From Fibrobacter succinogenes subsp. succinogenes S85 (GTDB taxonomy: Bacteria > Fibrobacterota > Fibrobacteria > Fibrobacterales > Fibrobacteraceae), in assembly GCF_000146505.1 (NCBI RefSeq), contig NC_017448.1, positions 3,120,001 to 3,152,000 on the forward strand: a stretch of DNA of 32,000 bases. Reading direction: 5' to 3'. The notes beneath the pieces are model-generated. The model saw nothing but the letters and a program-made list of their open reading frames with translations. It was not told the origin of the DNA and ran no database searches. Shown piece after piece: positions 7,421-16,635 of this stretch; position 1 is the stretch's first letter, and each line of letters starts with the position of its first letter. The position numbers and the translations under genes were made by a program.

Positions 7421-9559
7421 CTAATCCAACTTCTCGGTGAGGCGTGTGTATCGTCTTGTGCTGCGGTTGTTGCGCACGGCTTGATAGAACGCTCCCGGTG
7501 CAGACAAAATCCACACATGACCTTTCGCACGCGTGATGGCGGTGTAGATGAGGTTCCGCTGCAGCATGATGCTGTGGCTTGAATCTAGCACGACGATGAC
7601 GGCGGGGTATTCGCTACCCTGGCTCTTGTGGATGGTGCAGGCGTACGCAAGGATAAGTTCATCGGCTTCGTCGGGCTCGTAATCCACGGTCTTGTCATCG
7701 TAAAAGACGGTAATTTTTTTCGTGTCTTTCCCGATTTTGTAGATGATGCCGACGTCTCCGTTGAACACGTTCTTGTCGTAGTTGTTGCGGATTTGCATCA
7801 CGCGGTCGCCTGTGCTCCAGTTGCCGCTGGCAATTTTAATGCGTTCCTTGCCGGGGTTCAGGAGGTCTTGCAAGAAGTTGTTCAGTTCGTAAATGCCGAG
7901 CGGTCCTTTGCGCATCGGCGTGAGGAGTTGCATCTCTTGCGTGTTGATGTCGATTTTTTCCTTGATGCCGCGCGTGACGAGGCGGGCGATGATGTCTTTA
8001 GCTTCATCGGCCGACTCGTAGGGCAAAAAGTGGAAGTTCGTTCCTTCGATGGGCGAGGGGCTAATGCCCTGATTGATTTTAGATGCTTTGTCGGCGATGT
8101 CGTTTCCGCCGGCCTGGCGGAAAATGTGCTGAAGGCGGGTGCTCGGAATCTTGGGGCAACGCAACAAGTCGTTCAGCACATTGCCAGCTCCCACGCTGGG
8201 GAGCTGGTCGGCATCGCCCACGAGAACGATTCGCGCGTTGAGTGGCGTCGCTTCGAGGAGCGAGGCGGCAAGCCACGTATCGACCATACTGAATTCATCG
8301 ACGATGAGCAAATTGCATTGGAGCTTGTTGTCGCCATCGCGGTGGAACTTGCCCGAAATCGGGTCCACTTCGAGCAATCGGTGGATTGTGCGGGCTTTCT
8401 CGCCACAGCATTCGCCCATGCGCTTGGCGGCGCGCCCCGTTGGGGCGGTGAGGCTTACGCATTCTTCCATTTGGCGGGCGAGGTACAAAATCCCTTTAAG
8501 GATTGTCGTCTTGCCTGTACCTGGTCCACCTGTGATGATGGATATCTTTCGCGAGAGCGCCATCTGGATAGCGCGTTTTTGGATTGGGTCAAAGCTGAAC
8601 TTGTGTTCGCGTTCCCACTGCGCCAGGGCGTCTTCGAAGCCTTCCGTTGAAAGCTCGTTGTATCGCAAACGGAGCTTGATGTTGTCTGCGATGCGCTGCT
8701 CGGCATTGTAAAGCGGCGGAAAATAGCAGTCGTCGCCTTCGCGCGTGATGCGCCCGCATTCGCTTGCCTTTTCGAATTCGTCGAGGAGCGTGTTGATGGC
8801 GCCTTCATCGTCCTGCATTAAACGCAAGTTGCGGAACGTGCGTTCCAGGAGTACGTTCTTGGGCAAAAATACGTGCCCATCGCTCACAGACGCTTCTTGC
8901 AATGTGTAAAGCAATGCGGCCTGAAAACGCTCGGGGCTGTCTTTCGGGAATCCGACTTTTTGCGCAATTTCGTCGGCCTTCAAGAATCCGATGCCCCAGA
9001 CTTCTTCGCAGAGCATGTACGGGTTCTGTGTGATGCGTTCAATTGTCGCTTGCCCGAACTTGTTCCAAAGGCGCTTTGCCACACTGCCGACAATTTCGTG
9101 CTTGTACAAGAACAGCATTGTTTCGCGGCTGTGACGTGCTTCTTGCCAACGTGCCAAAAAAGCTTCCACCTTGCGGGCGGGGAAGCCTTTGATTTTTACT
9201 TCGCGGAACTTGTCTGGATTGTTGTCGAGAATGTCGGCGGTTGCATCGCCAAAAGCTTCCACAATGCGTTCGGCAATCTTTTGCCCCACACCCGGAAATT
9301 GACCGCTTGCCAAGTATTCAAGGATATCGTTGTCTTCGGTGGCGAGGTATTCAAAAGAAGTCGCCTGGAATTGCTTTCCGTATTTCGGATGCGAACCCCA
9401 GTCGCCTTCTACAGAGATTGTTTCGCCAGGTTGCAAAGCGGGAAATGTTCCCGTGATGACAACGACTTTCTTGCTTTCAATATCGTTCAGACGCATCACG
9501 GTAAAGCCATTTTGCTGGCTATGGAACGTGATGCTTTTGATTGAACCTTTGACTTGCAC
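7421..9559 (-). CDS. recD2: RecD2-type SF1B ATP-dependent DNA helicase
   Basis: 712 aa. It has an N-terminal OB-like segment, HhH-like repeats, Walker A GGPGTGKTT, LIVDEFSMV, VLVGDADQLPSVG and TIHKSQGSEYPAVI, which is the canonical RecD-like motif order. Confidence 0.85.
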   Translation of the reverse strand: MQVKGSIKSITFHSQQNGFTVMRLNDIESKKVVVITGTFPALQPGETISVEGDWGSHPKYGKQFQATSFEYLATEDNDILEYLASGQFPGVGQKIAERIVEAFGDATADILDNNPDKFREVKIKGFPARKVEAFLARWQEARHSRETMLFLYKHEIVGSVAKRLWNKFGQATIERITQNPYMLCEEVWGIGFLKADEIAQKVGFPKDSPERFQAALLYTLQEASVSDGHVFLPKNVLLERTFRNLRLMQDDEGAINTLLDEFEKASECGRITREGDDCYFPPLYNAEQRIADNIKLRLRYNELSTEGFEDALAQWEREHKFSFDPIQKRAIQMALSRKISIITGGPGTGKTTILKGILYLARQMEECVSLTAPTGRAAKRMGECCGEKARTIHRLLEVDPISGKFHRDGDNKLQCNLLIVDEFSMVDTWLAASLLEATPLNARIVLVGDADQLPSVGAGNVLNDLLRCPKIPSTRLQHIFRQAGGNDIADKASKINQGISPSPIEGTNFHFLPYESADEAKDIIARLVTRGIKEKIDINTQEMQLLTPMRKGPLGIYELNNFLQDLLNPGKERIKIASGNWSTGDRVMQIRNNYDKNVFNGDVGIIYKIGKDTKKITVFYDDKTVDYEPDEADELILAYACTIHKSQGSEYPAVIVVLDSSHSIMLQRNLIYTAITRAKGHVWILSAPGAFYQAVRNNRSTRRYTRLTEKLD

Positions 9560-9597
9560 GAATTTTGCGGCGCTTGTAAAGCTTACGAATCTCTAGT

Positions 9598-11133
9598 TTA
9601 CTGAGCCTTCGGAATTTTACCTTCGTCCAGTTCCGGTCTCCAAACATCGGCATCGAAACCAGGCATCTTGGTAAGTTCCTTGCCACGGACGCAGAGGAAG
9701 AAACCGAGGATAGCGGCGTCGTGGAGTGCAATCACAAGAGCAGTCTTGTAATCAAGACCAAAGCCGAGCGGAGCGCCCTTGAGGTTTTCCGGGCTTACCC
9801 AGAGGATGTAATCTGCCGTAATGAACGTCATGAACATGCATGGGATAAGCGCAATCCAGAAGTTCTTCTTTTTGCTGCGGAGGTAAACCGTTGCCACGCA
9901 GAGGCTGCAAACGGCCATGAGCTGGTTGCTCCAGCTGAAGTAGTTCCACAAGATATTGAAACCTTCGGGGTTCAAGTTGCTCCAGAAGATAATCACAGCG
10001 CAGAGAGCGAACATCGGAATCGTGAGAATCAAACGGTTACGCACGGAGGTCTGTTCAAGGCCCGTAAGTTCAGCAATCGTAAGGCGGAGGCTGCGGAGGC
10101 TTGTGTCGCCACTTGTAATAGCAAGGATAATTACGCCCACGACCACGAGAATCGAAATCGGAGCCCAAGGAATCACGGTCGAAACGAGAACGCTCAAAAC
10201 CTTCACGCCCGAAGCGCCTGTCAAAAGTTCCGGCATCTGGTGGTAAATGAACATGCCACCTGCAGCCCAAATCATACCAATCAAACCTTCAATAATCATC
10301 ATGCCGTAGAACGTCTGGCGACCGGTCTTTTCGGTGACTTCAGTGCGTGCAACGAGCGGGCTTTGCGTGCTGTGGAATCCGCTGATGATGCCGCAAGCAA
10401 TCGTCACGAAGAGCATCGGGATGATCGGCTGGCCAGCCGGATGCTTATGGAAGTTGCTCATGATGTCTGCAAAGCAGAATTCATCGAGGACGTTCAAGTT
10501 CGGGATGATGCCCACGAAAATAGCGAGGGAGGCGAGAATCAAGAGGGCGCCAAAAATCGGGTAGATGCGGCCGATAATCTTGTCAATCGGGAAGAAGGTG
10601 CTAATGAAGTAATAGGCAAAAATGCAGACAACGGCAATCCAGAAAAGAGTCGGAGAAACGTGGCTGCCGACGAGAATCGGGGTGTTCACGAGTGCTGCCG
10701 GAGTCGTGGTGAACACGGCGCCAACGAGAATGAGTGCTACGGAAATGAGTGTCATCACAAGCTTTGCCGGACCCTTGCCCAAGAACTTACGGGAGAGTGC
10801 CGGAACGTTGTAACCGTTATTGCGCATGCTGATCATGCCACTGAAGTAATCGTGCACTGCGCCGCCGAGGACGTTTCCAAGCGGGAGCAAAATGAACACG
10901 ATGGCACCAAACTTGATGCCGAGAATCACGCCGATCACAGGGCCAATGCCTGCAATGTTCAAAAGCTGAATGAGAACGTTTTTCCAGTGCGGCATCGGGA
11001 CGCGGTCAACGCCATCCGGGTTTGCGAGTGCCGGAGTCTTGCGGTCATCGGGACCGAACACGCGTTCGACGAACTTGCCGTAGGTGAAATATCCAAGGAT
11101 GAGGATTGCAACACCAATTAGGAATGTTATCAT
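9598..11133 (-). CDS. cstA: Carbon starvation protein A family transporter
   Basis: 511 aa and polytopic. The N-terminus ILILGYFTYGKFVERVFGPDDRKTPA is the characteristic CstA start. Confidence 0.8.
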   Translation of the reverse strand: MITFLIGVAILILGYFTYGKFVERVFGPDDRKTPALANPDGVDRVPMPHWKNVLIQLLNIAGIGPVIGVILGIKFGAIVFILLPLGNVLGGAVHDYFSGMISMRNNGYNVPALSRKFLGKGPAKLVMTLISVALILVGAVFTTTPAALVNTPILVGSHVSPTLFWIAVVCIFAYYFISTFFPIDKIIGRIYPIFGALLILASLAIFVGIIPNLNVLDEFCFADIMSNFHKHPAGQPIIPMLFVTIACGIISGFHSTQSPLVARTEVTEKTGRQTFYGMMIIEGLIGMIWAAGGMFIYHQMPELLTGASGVKVLSVLVSTVIPWAPISILVVVGVIILAITSGDTSLRSLRLTIAELTGLEQTSVRNRLILTIPMFALCAVIIFWSNLNPEGFNILWNYFSWSNQLMAVCSLCVATVYLRSKKKNFWIALIPCMFMTFITADYILWVSPENLKGAPLGFGLDYKTALVIALHDAAILGFFLCVRGKELTKMPGFDADVWRPELDEGKIPKAQ

Positions 11134-11158
11134 TTTTTGTGCCTTCTTTAGTTTTTAA

Positions 11159-11827
11159 TTAAAACTGTACCATCGCATTGATAGATACGGCTACGTAGGT
11201 TTGCCAAATATAGTTTTTAAGCTCTACGGTACCGCTATTCTTTGTGTTGACGGCCTTGTACCAGGTCTCAAAAATGCGTAAAGACGGGATGAGCCCAAAG
11301 TGTTCTGTCAGGTTGTAGCGCATGTTCGTGACTAACGCTATTCCGGAACCCATCAAGGTCGTATCGAAAAATCCCTTGATGCTGGTGGTGTTCTTTTTAA
11401 TCTTGAGATTAGTGTAGGAGTACCCAAGCCCGACGCCCACCTGGAAAATGTCCGGGTAGAAAAAGTTGTAGGTGAATTCTGCGCCGATTCGCATGTAGCG
11501 CATGTCCTGTTCATCCGGGAGGTCTTTTATTGCTGTTTCTTGTGTCCAGTACTGGAACGAAGCGGCGAGTGAAAATTCGCGGATATTTACGCCGATGTTA
11601 TAATCGGGGGAGAGGAGAATCTTTGCTGTTGGCATGTTGATGGTTTCGGTGAGGCCGTCTTCATCTTGGATTTTGATATCACGATGGTGCAACCCTCCGC
11701 GGTTTGCAATGACGTTAAAGCCTATGCTTGCAAAATAGGATCGCGGCCAGTAGCTGAAATCTCTGTCTTCTGGCTGTGCAAAAACCGCAGTACAGAACAG
11801 AGCGATTGCCAATAAAATTTTTCTCAT
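11159..11827 (-). CDS. Outer-membrane beta-barrel protein (hypothetical)
   Basis: It has a signal peptide MRKILLAIALFCTAVFA, alternating aromatic/polar beta-strand patterning and a C-terminal Phe (AMVQF). Confidence 0.55.
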   Translation of the reverse strand: MRKILLAIALFCTAVFAQPEDRDFSYWPRSYFASIGFNVIANRGGLHHRDIKIQDEDGLTETINMPTAKILLSPDYNIGVNIREFSLAASFQYWTQETAIKDLPDEQDMRYMRIGAEFTYNFFYPDIFQVGVGLGYSYTNLKIKKNTTSIKGFFDTTLMGSGIALVTNMRYNLTEHFGLIPSLRIFETWYKAVNTKNSGTVELKNYIWQTYVAVSINAMVQF

Positions 11828-11846
11828 TTTTCCTCCAAAAATAATT

Positions 11847-11878
11847 AGCGCCCCTAAAATAGAATTTTAAGGGCGCCT
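11847..11878 (-). terminator. Terminator downstream of nadA
   Basis: On the minus strand, AGGCGCCC pairs with GGGCGCT and is followed by AATTATTTTT. Confidence 0.5.
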
Positions 11879-11907
11879 TGGTTAATTTCGCGATGTGTTA
11901 GGAGGCT

Positions 11908-12921
11908 TTATTCGGCGTATTTGAACATGGCGTCGATGCACTTCTTGGCCTTCACGCGCACGCCTTCGTCGAGCGAGATGTGTTCCGCCTTTTCGGGGTG
12001 GCGGAGAGCTTCCAAGATGTTTTCGAGCGAGTTCGACTTCATGTACTTGCACATGCAGCAGCTACCGATAAAGTTCATGTCCGGATGTTCGTAGTGCATA
12101 CGGGCATTGAGGCCACATTCCGTGAGGAGCAAGATGCAGCTGTCTTTGGGCTGCTGGTTGATATAGCTCACCATCTGGCCCGTGCTTCCGACGTAGTCGC
12201 TGAGCATAGCGACGGACGGGTTGCATTCCGGGTGGCTAATCACCTTGAGATTCGGGTTTTGGCTACGGAAGAACTGGATTAAATCCGGGTCGTAGTTTTC
12301 GTGAACGTAGCAGCAACCGTTATAGAGCTTGATATCCTTCTTGACACCGCGACGCTTCATTTCGTCGATGATGTTCTGGCCCATGAGAGCATCCGGTACA
12401 AAGAAAATCTTGTCGGACGGAATCGTTTCGACGATGTGCATCACGTTACCGCTTGTCACGCAGACGTCGCAGGCGGCCTTCACGTCGGCAGTCGTGTTGA
12501 TGTAGCAGACAAACGTGTAGTCCGGATTCTGCTTGCGGAGTTCTTCGACATCCTTGCCGGTAATGGAATCGGCAAGGCTGCAACCCGTGAGCGGGCCCGG
12601 GATAATCACATCCTTCTGCGGGTTCAAAATCTTGGCAGTTTCGCCCATGAAACGCACGGCAGAGAAGAGAATGGTCTTTTGCTGGACGGTGGTGGCGTCC
12701 TTGCTGAGCTTGAAGCTATCTCCAGTGAAATCGGCAACGCCCAAAAGAATTTCAGGAGCGCAGTAACTGTGGGCGAGGATAACGGTATCCTGCTGCTTTT
12801 TGAGCTCGTTGATTTCGTTGATGAGCGGGAGCATCTTTTCCACCTTTTCCATGGTGTAAGTGCAAAGGGCTGCGCCCGGCTTGACGGACTTGAGACGATT
12901 GTAAAGTTCTTCTGCTGTCAT
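11908..12921 (-). CDS. nadA: Quinolinate synthase
   Basis: 337 aa. ILAHSYCAPEI...ADFTGDSFKLS, the conserved cysteines and SHPEC resemble NadA. Confidence 0.85.
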   Translation of the reverse strand: MTAEELYNRLKSVKPGAALCTYTMEKVEKMLPLINEINELKKQQDTVILAHSYCAPEILLGVADFTGDSFKLSKDATTVQQKTILFSAVRFMGETAKILNPQKDVIIPGPLTGCSLADSITGKDVEELRKQNPDYTFVCYINTTADVKAACDVCVTSGNVMHIVETIPSDKIFFVPDALMGQNIIDEMKRRGVKKDIKLYNGCCYVHENYDPDLIQFFRSQNPNLKVISHPECNPSVAMLSDYVGSTGQMVSYINQQPKDSCILLLTECGLNARMHYEHPDMNFIGSCCMCKYMKSNSLENILEALRHPEKAEHISLDEGVRVKAKKCIDAMFKYAE

Positions 12922-12960
12922 TGTGTTACCTAGATTATTGCCTAGTTAAAAGATAGTAAA

Positions 12961-13788
12961 TTAATACCCGGCCCATTCAGCGCTGATGGAGGGGCTTGCC
13001 TTGCGGATGTTCGATTCTTCGGGAGTCTCTTCCTTGCAGGCGATGTCGCCACTTGCAATCCGTTCCTTAATTTCGTCGAACGTCTTGGGCGGCACGGAAT
13101 CGGGAGAGTTGTCGCCGAGCACTTTGCAGGGGGCGGCTTCGGATTCTTTTGCCTTGTCCTTGACGGGAGTATATTCGCGGAGGGCGGGAACGCTATAGAA
13201 CTTGTCTTCTTCGGGACACCAGGCGGTGAGTGCCTTGCCGTAGACGCAACCGGAATCGAGACCGATAAATCCAGGAATGTTCACGAAGCCCATCTTTGCC
13301 CAATGTCCAAAGATAACTCGCTTGTTCCACTTGACCTGTTCAAACCAGGGCTTGTCATTCCAGTAGCGGATGGAAAGGAGCACTTCGGGGCTCATGTCTT
13401 CGAGACGCGTCTTGCCCGGTTCAAGGCCTGCGTGCACTAGGAGTGCGTGCGGTGTGTCGCGCCAGAGCGGCCAGTTCTTCACGGTATCGCGGATGTAAAC
13501 CCATTCGTCGAGCGAGAGCGCCTTGAAACGCTTCTTCTGCTTTTCGGTCCAGTTGCTCTTGGGCGTTTCCATCATGCGGATGAGATGTTCTTCGTGGTTT
13601 CCGCGGACGGTTAGAATGCCGAGTTCCTCGACAATGCGCATGGCACGCATCATGTCGGGACCTTTGTTGATGATATCGCCGGTCTGGTAAATGGTATCGC
13701 TACCGCGCACAAAGCCGAATTGGTCGATAATCGCAGAGAGTTCGTCTGCGCAACCATGAACATCACCGATATATAAAGTACGTTTCAT
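12961..13788 (-). CDS. ApaH/PrpE-like metallophosphoesterase
   Basis: The calcineurin-like metallophosphatase motifs are present: YIGDVHGC, GDIINKGPD and VRGNHE. There is an acidic C-terminal extension of about 50 aa. Confidence 0.75.
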   Translation of the reverse strand: MKRTLYIGDVHGCADELSAIIDQFGFVRGSDTIYQTGDIINKGPDMMRAMRIVEELGILTVRGNHEEHLIRMMETPKSNWTEKQKKRFKALSLDEWVYIRDTVKNWPLWRDTPHALLVHAGLEPGKTRLEDMSPEVLLSIRYWNDKPWFEQVKWNKRVIFGHWAKMGFVNIPGFIGLDSGCVYGKALTAWCPEEDKFYSVPALREYTPVKDKAKESEAAPCKVLGDNSPDSVPPKTFDEIKERIASGDIACKEETPEESNIRKASPSISAEWAGY

Positions 13789-13795
13789 GGATCGC

Positions 13796-14527
13796 CTACA
13801 AATGCACGGCCTGTCGCAATTTGTTCAGTTCGTTTGGCGTGAGTTCGCGGAATTCGCCTGCGGGCAAGTCGCCGAGCTGAATCTGGCAGTAGCTTACGCG
13901 CTTGAGGTCGCGGATTTCGTAACCGATGGCACGCATCATGCGGCGGATTTCACGGTTCTTGCCTTCGATAAGCACAAGTTCTGCAAATCCGTTTTCGAGA
14001 TAGACGTCTGTGGCGAATGCAATTTCTTCCTGGGCATCCGGATCTTCCGGGTCGCGGATGTCCACGCCATCGACCAAGCGCTGGGCGGCAGATTCGCTGA
14101 GCGGACGAGTGGTCCACACGTAGTAGCTGCGCGGCACTTCAAAACTCGGGTGCGTGAGGCGGTAAAGCAATTCGCCGTCATCGGTGAAAAGCAAAAGACC
14201 ACGGCTCTGCAAGTCGAGTCGTCCGACGTACTTGAAATTATGGTATCCCGGCGGCAAGTAATCGTAAACCGTGCGGCGGCCCTGCGGGTCGTCCTTGGTG
14301 CAGACGCAACCGGCCGGCTTGTGAAACATGATGACTTTTGTTTTCTTGTTTGTCGGGAGCTTCAGCAACTTTCCGTCAACCGTCACCTGGTCCTTGGTTT
14401 CGTCCACTTGATGGCCGAGGTCGGAAATCGTTTCTCCGTTTACCTGTACGCGACCGTCGGCGACGAGTTCGTCTGCGGCGCGGCGGCTAGCAAAACCACT
14501 GAGAGAAATGTACTTGTTTATACGCAT
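13796..14527 (-). CDS. rRNA pseudouridine synthase, RsuA/RluB/RluF family
   Basis: It has an S4 domain (MRINKYISLSGFASRRAADELVADGRVQVNGE) and the catalytic motif VGRLDLQSRGLLLFTDDG. Confidence 0.85.
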   Translation of the reverse strand: MRINKYISLSGFASRRAADELVADGRVQVNGETISDLGHQVDETKDQVTVDGKLLKLPTNKKTKVIMFHKPAGCVCTKDDPQGRRTVYDYLPPGYHNFKYVGRLDLQSRGLLLFTDDGELLYRLTHPSFEVPRSYYVWTTRPLSESAAQRLVDGVDIRDPEDPDAQEEIAFATDVYLENGFAELVLIEGKNREIRRMMRAIGYEIRDLKRVSYCQIQLGDLPAGEFRELTPNELNKLRQAVHL

Positions 14528-14544
14528 TTTTTCATCCCCGTCTT

Positions 14545-15633
14545 TTATTTGCCATCCCCGACCTGTTCGGGGATCGCCGTCTCGGATGTGGCATCCGTCT
14601 TTTTTAGAAATGCCGGGCGCTTCTTTGGCTTGGGTTCCGGTTCTTTTTCAGGCGGGTAGAGTAAACCGAAGCGGAGTCCTGCCGTACTGATCTTGAACGT
14701 TTCTACGCGAAGCTTTTCGAGGAGCGAACGCAACCAGAAAAGTCCGCAGATAATCACTTCGTGACGACCGTTTCCAAGTCCCGGGAGCATCGCGCGGAGT
14801 TCTTTCGAAAGGTTCGTGATGCGCGTGGTGACCGCTTCAAGGTCGGCGAGGCTTATTTCGAGACCTTCGATGGCCTTGTAGTCAAACGTTTGGCTGTTCA
14901 AGAAGACCATCGCAAGTGCGGTGCCTGTACCACCGATAAGGTAGACAGGCTTTTTCGTCATGCCCTTGAACGACAAGTCCTTGAACGTTTCCTTGATAAA
15001 CTTCTTGTATTCCGGTCCCGGAATTGGGCCCATTGCCTTGAACATCTTGAGAGCACCAACGGGAATCGAGAATGTCGTTTCGCCGTTGCTGAGTTCTGTG
15101 GAACCGCCACCGATGTCAATCGTGACGTTTCCTTCGCCGTGCCATTCCTTGACGGAACGGTAAGTGAGCTTGCCTTCTTCTTCGCCGGTAATGACGCGCG
15201 GCTTGACCCATACTGCTTTTTCGACAGCTTCAATCACTTCGTCCGGATTTGTAGCCTTGCGCATGGCTTCGGTCATCGCGACTGCCTTGAGGTCTGCGCC
15301 GAGGGCGTGCAAGTCCATGCGGAACTTGGTCATGATGTTGACGAGTTCCTGGATGCGTTCGGGCGTGATTTTCCCGTGTTCGTAAATGTCTTCGCCGAGG
15401 CGGCAGACTTCGACCTTCTGGAGTTTCGGTACGAGAATTTTGCGCGGGGCTACAGGCGCTTCACTTGATTCGGCGGGCGTCTCGGAATTTGCGGGCGCCT
15501 CTGCGGGCGTCTCGACTTTTTCGAGATTCGCAGATTCAGCGGGAGCTGCGGCAGGTGCGTCTTCGAACGCTGCGATTAGCAAAATGCAGCTGTGACTCCC
15601 GATGTCAATGGTTGCCTGGAGTTTATTTTCCAC
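14545..15633 (-). CDS. Ppx/GppA-family phosphatase with a P/A/E-rich insertion
   Basis: ATIDIGSHSCILLIA is the first actin-like phosphate loop and DIGGGSTE is the second. A low-complexity segment of about 40 aa (APAAAPAESANLEKVETPAEAPANSETPAESSEAPVAP) follows the first loop. Confidence 0.75.
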   Translation of the reverse strand: MENKLQATIDIGSHSCILLIAAFEDAPAAAPAESANLEKVETPAEAPANSETPAESSEAPVAPRKILVPKLQKVEVCRLGEDIYEHGKITPERIQELVNIMTKFRMDLHALGADLKAVAMTEAMRKATNPDEVIEAVEKAVWVKPRVITGEEEGKLTYRSVKEWHGEGNVTIDIGGGSTELSNGETTFSIPVGALKMFKAMGPIPGPEYKKFIKETFKDLSFKGMTKKPVYLIGGTGTALAMVFLNSQTFDYKAIEGLEISLADLEAVTTRITNLSKELRAMLPGLGNGRHEVIICGLFWLRSLLEKLRVETFKISTAGLRFGLLYPPEKEPEPKPKKRPAFLKKTDATSETAIPEQVGDGK

Positions 15634-15979
15634 TTTCGGCCTCGTCCGTTTTTTCTTCTTGCTGATTCATCTTTTTCAGCATGATGTTCTTCATCTTTTC
15701 GGCGAGGGCGCCTGGATTTGTGAGGAACTGCTTGGCGTGAGCGATTGCTTCTTCAACGACGGATTCCGGGTACTTGGAACTCCATGCGGCGACGATGTCG
15801 CCAGTCGTGCTGCCGAGCGGTTTCTTTTCGCGAATTTCCTGGCCCATCTTGAGAGCGAGCAAAAGTCCGAGTTCGAATGCTTTCGGTTCTGCTTCGGCTT
15901 CAATCATCTTTTCGATGCGGGCGATGCGTTCTTCAAAGGGAATGTTCTGCGAATTGGTCAAATCATTTTCTGAAATCAT
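15623..15979 (-). CDS. Hypothetical protein (118 aa)
   Basis: I prefer the ATG at 15979, because the track's TTG at 16015 lies inside the T-tract and hairpin region of the upstream terminator. It overlaps the Ppx start by 11 nt. I recognise no family. Confidence 0.45.
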   Translation of the reverse strand: MISENDLTNSQNIPFEERIARIEKMIEAEAEPKAFELGLLLALKMGQEIREKKPLGSTTGDIVAAWSSKYPESVVEEAIAHAKQFLTNPGALAEKMKNIMLKKMNQQEEKTDEAESGK

Positions 15980-16018
15980 GCTAACAAAAATAGTAAACGG
16001 AGGGCGGACCGCCAATAT

Positions 16019-16047
16019 AAAAAAAGACCCGCAGAGGTCTGCGGGTC
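16019..16047 (-). terminator. Rho-independent terminator of the histone-like gene
   Basis: On the minus strand: GACCCGCAGA, loop CC, TCTGCGGGTC, followed by TTTTTTT (plus-strand A7 at 16019-16025). Confidence 0.7.
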
Positions 16048-16071
16048 AAAATCGTTGGGTCAAAAAGAAGA

Positions 16072-16401
16072 TTACTTCTTGGCGGCCGGCTTCTTAGCAG
16101 CGGCCGGCTTCTTAGCAGCGGCCGGCTTCTTAGCGGCGGCGGGCTTCTTAGCGGCAGCCGGCTTCTTAGCGGCAGCGGGCTTCTTAGCGGCAGCCGGCTT
16201 CTTAGCAGCGGCCGGCTTCTTAGCGGCAGCCGGCTTCTTAGCAGCGGTCGGCTTCTTAGCGGCGGCAGGCTTCTTAGCAGCGGCCGGCTTCTTAGCGGCG
16301 GCGGGCTTCTTAGCAGCAGCGGGCTTCTTAGCAGCGGCCGGCTTCTTAGCGGCAGCGGGCTTCTTAGCAGGTTTCTTAGCAGCAGTTTTTGTTTCAGCCA
16401 T
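16072..16401 (-). CDS. Lys/Ala/Pro-repeat histone H1-like nucleoid protein
   Basis: 109 aa, made of MAETKTA followed by about 16 copies of AKKPAA. The SD AAGGAAG lies upstream, and the promoter region at 16402-16635 is strongly AT-rich. It resembles AlgP/Hc1-type H1-like tails. Confidence 0.8.
   Translation of the reverse strand: MAETKTAAKKPAKKPAAAKKPAAAKKPAAAKKPAAAKKPAAAKKPAAAKKPTAAKKPAAAKKPAAAKKPAAAKKPAAAKKPAAAKKPAAAKKPAAAKKPAAAKKPAAKK
16081..16370. repeat. 18-bp tandem coding repeat, about 16 copies
   Basis: The unit is GGCCGGCTTCTTAGCAGC. Variation is confined mostly to synonymous third positions (GCA/GCG/GCC, CGG/AGG), and one unit encodes PT instead of PA. Confidence 0.85.
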
Positions 16402-16635
16402 TTTTTTCTTCCTTTTTTGTTATTTATTTGTTGATATCAGAAAAATAACTTCTTTTTCACAAATAATCAACACTTATTTTATAAAAATTCAAATTTTTTT
16501 TGAAAAATTTTGTTATAGAGAAAATGCTACTGAATGAAATTGTGTGCAAAAGAAAAATCGATCTCTTTTGAGACCGATTTCCTGAATAATAAAAGTAATT
16601 AATTTATTTAAAATATGTCTGTTAATTTGTTTTAA

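Noticed and set aside
7628-9544. Plus-strand ORFs of 340, 190 and 223 aa opposite the RecD2-type helicase.
   Set aside because: They are antisense shadows of a gene with the complete SF1B motif order. They have no recognisable motifs and their sequences are low-complexity and R/V/F/A-rich.
9721-11121. A 466-aa plus-strand ORF opposite cstA.
   Set aside because: It lies entirely antisense to a gene with a clear CstA signature. Its composition (E/N/H/R/A-rich with no hydrophobic core) is typical of shadow ORFs in GC-rich coding DNA, and it has no SD.
11980-14659. Plus-strand ORFs opposite nadA, the phosphoesterase and the pseudouridine synthase (100, 210, 70 and 290 aa).
   Set aside because: They are antisense shadows of genes with strong family signatures, and they have no motifs or SDs.
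16055-16537. A plus-strand ORF encoding AAGFLAAAGFL repeats, and the possibility that the 18-bp array is a CRISPR or non-coding satellite.
   Set aside because: It mirrors the AKKPAA gene, which has an SD, an ATG and a strong terminator on the minus strand. The array has no spacers, its 18-nt period is an in-frame multiple of three, and its variation is synonymous on the minus strand.
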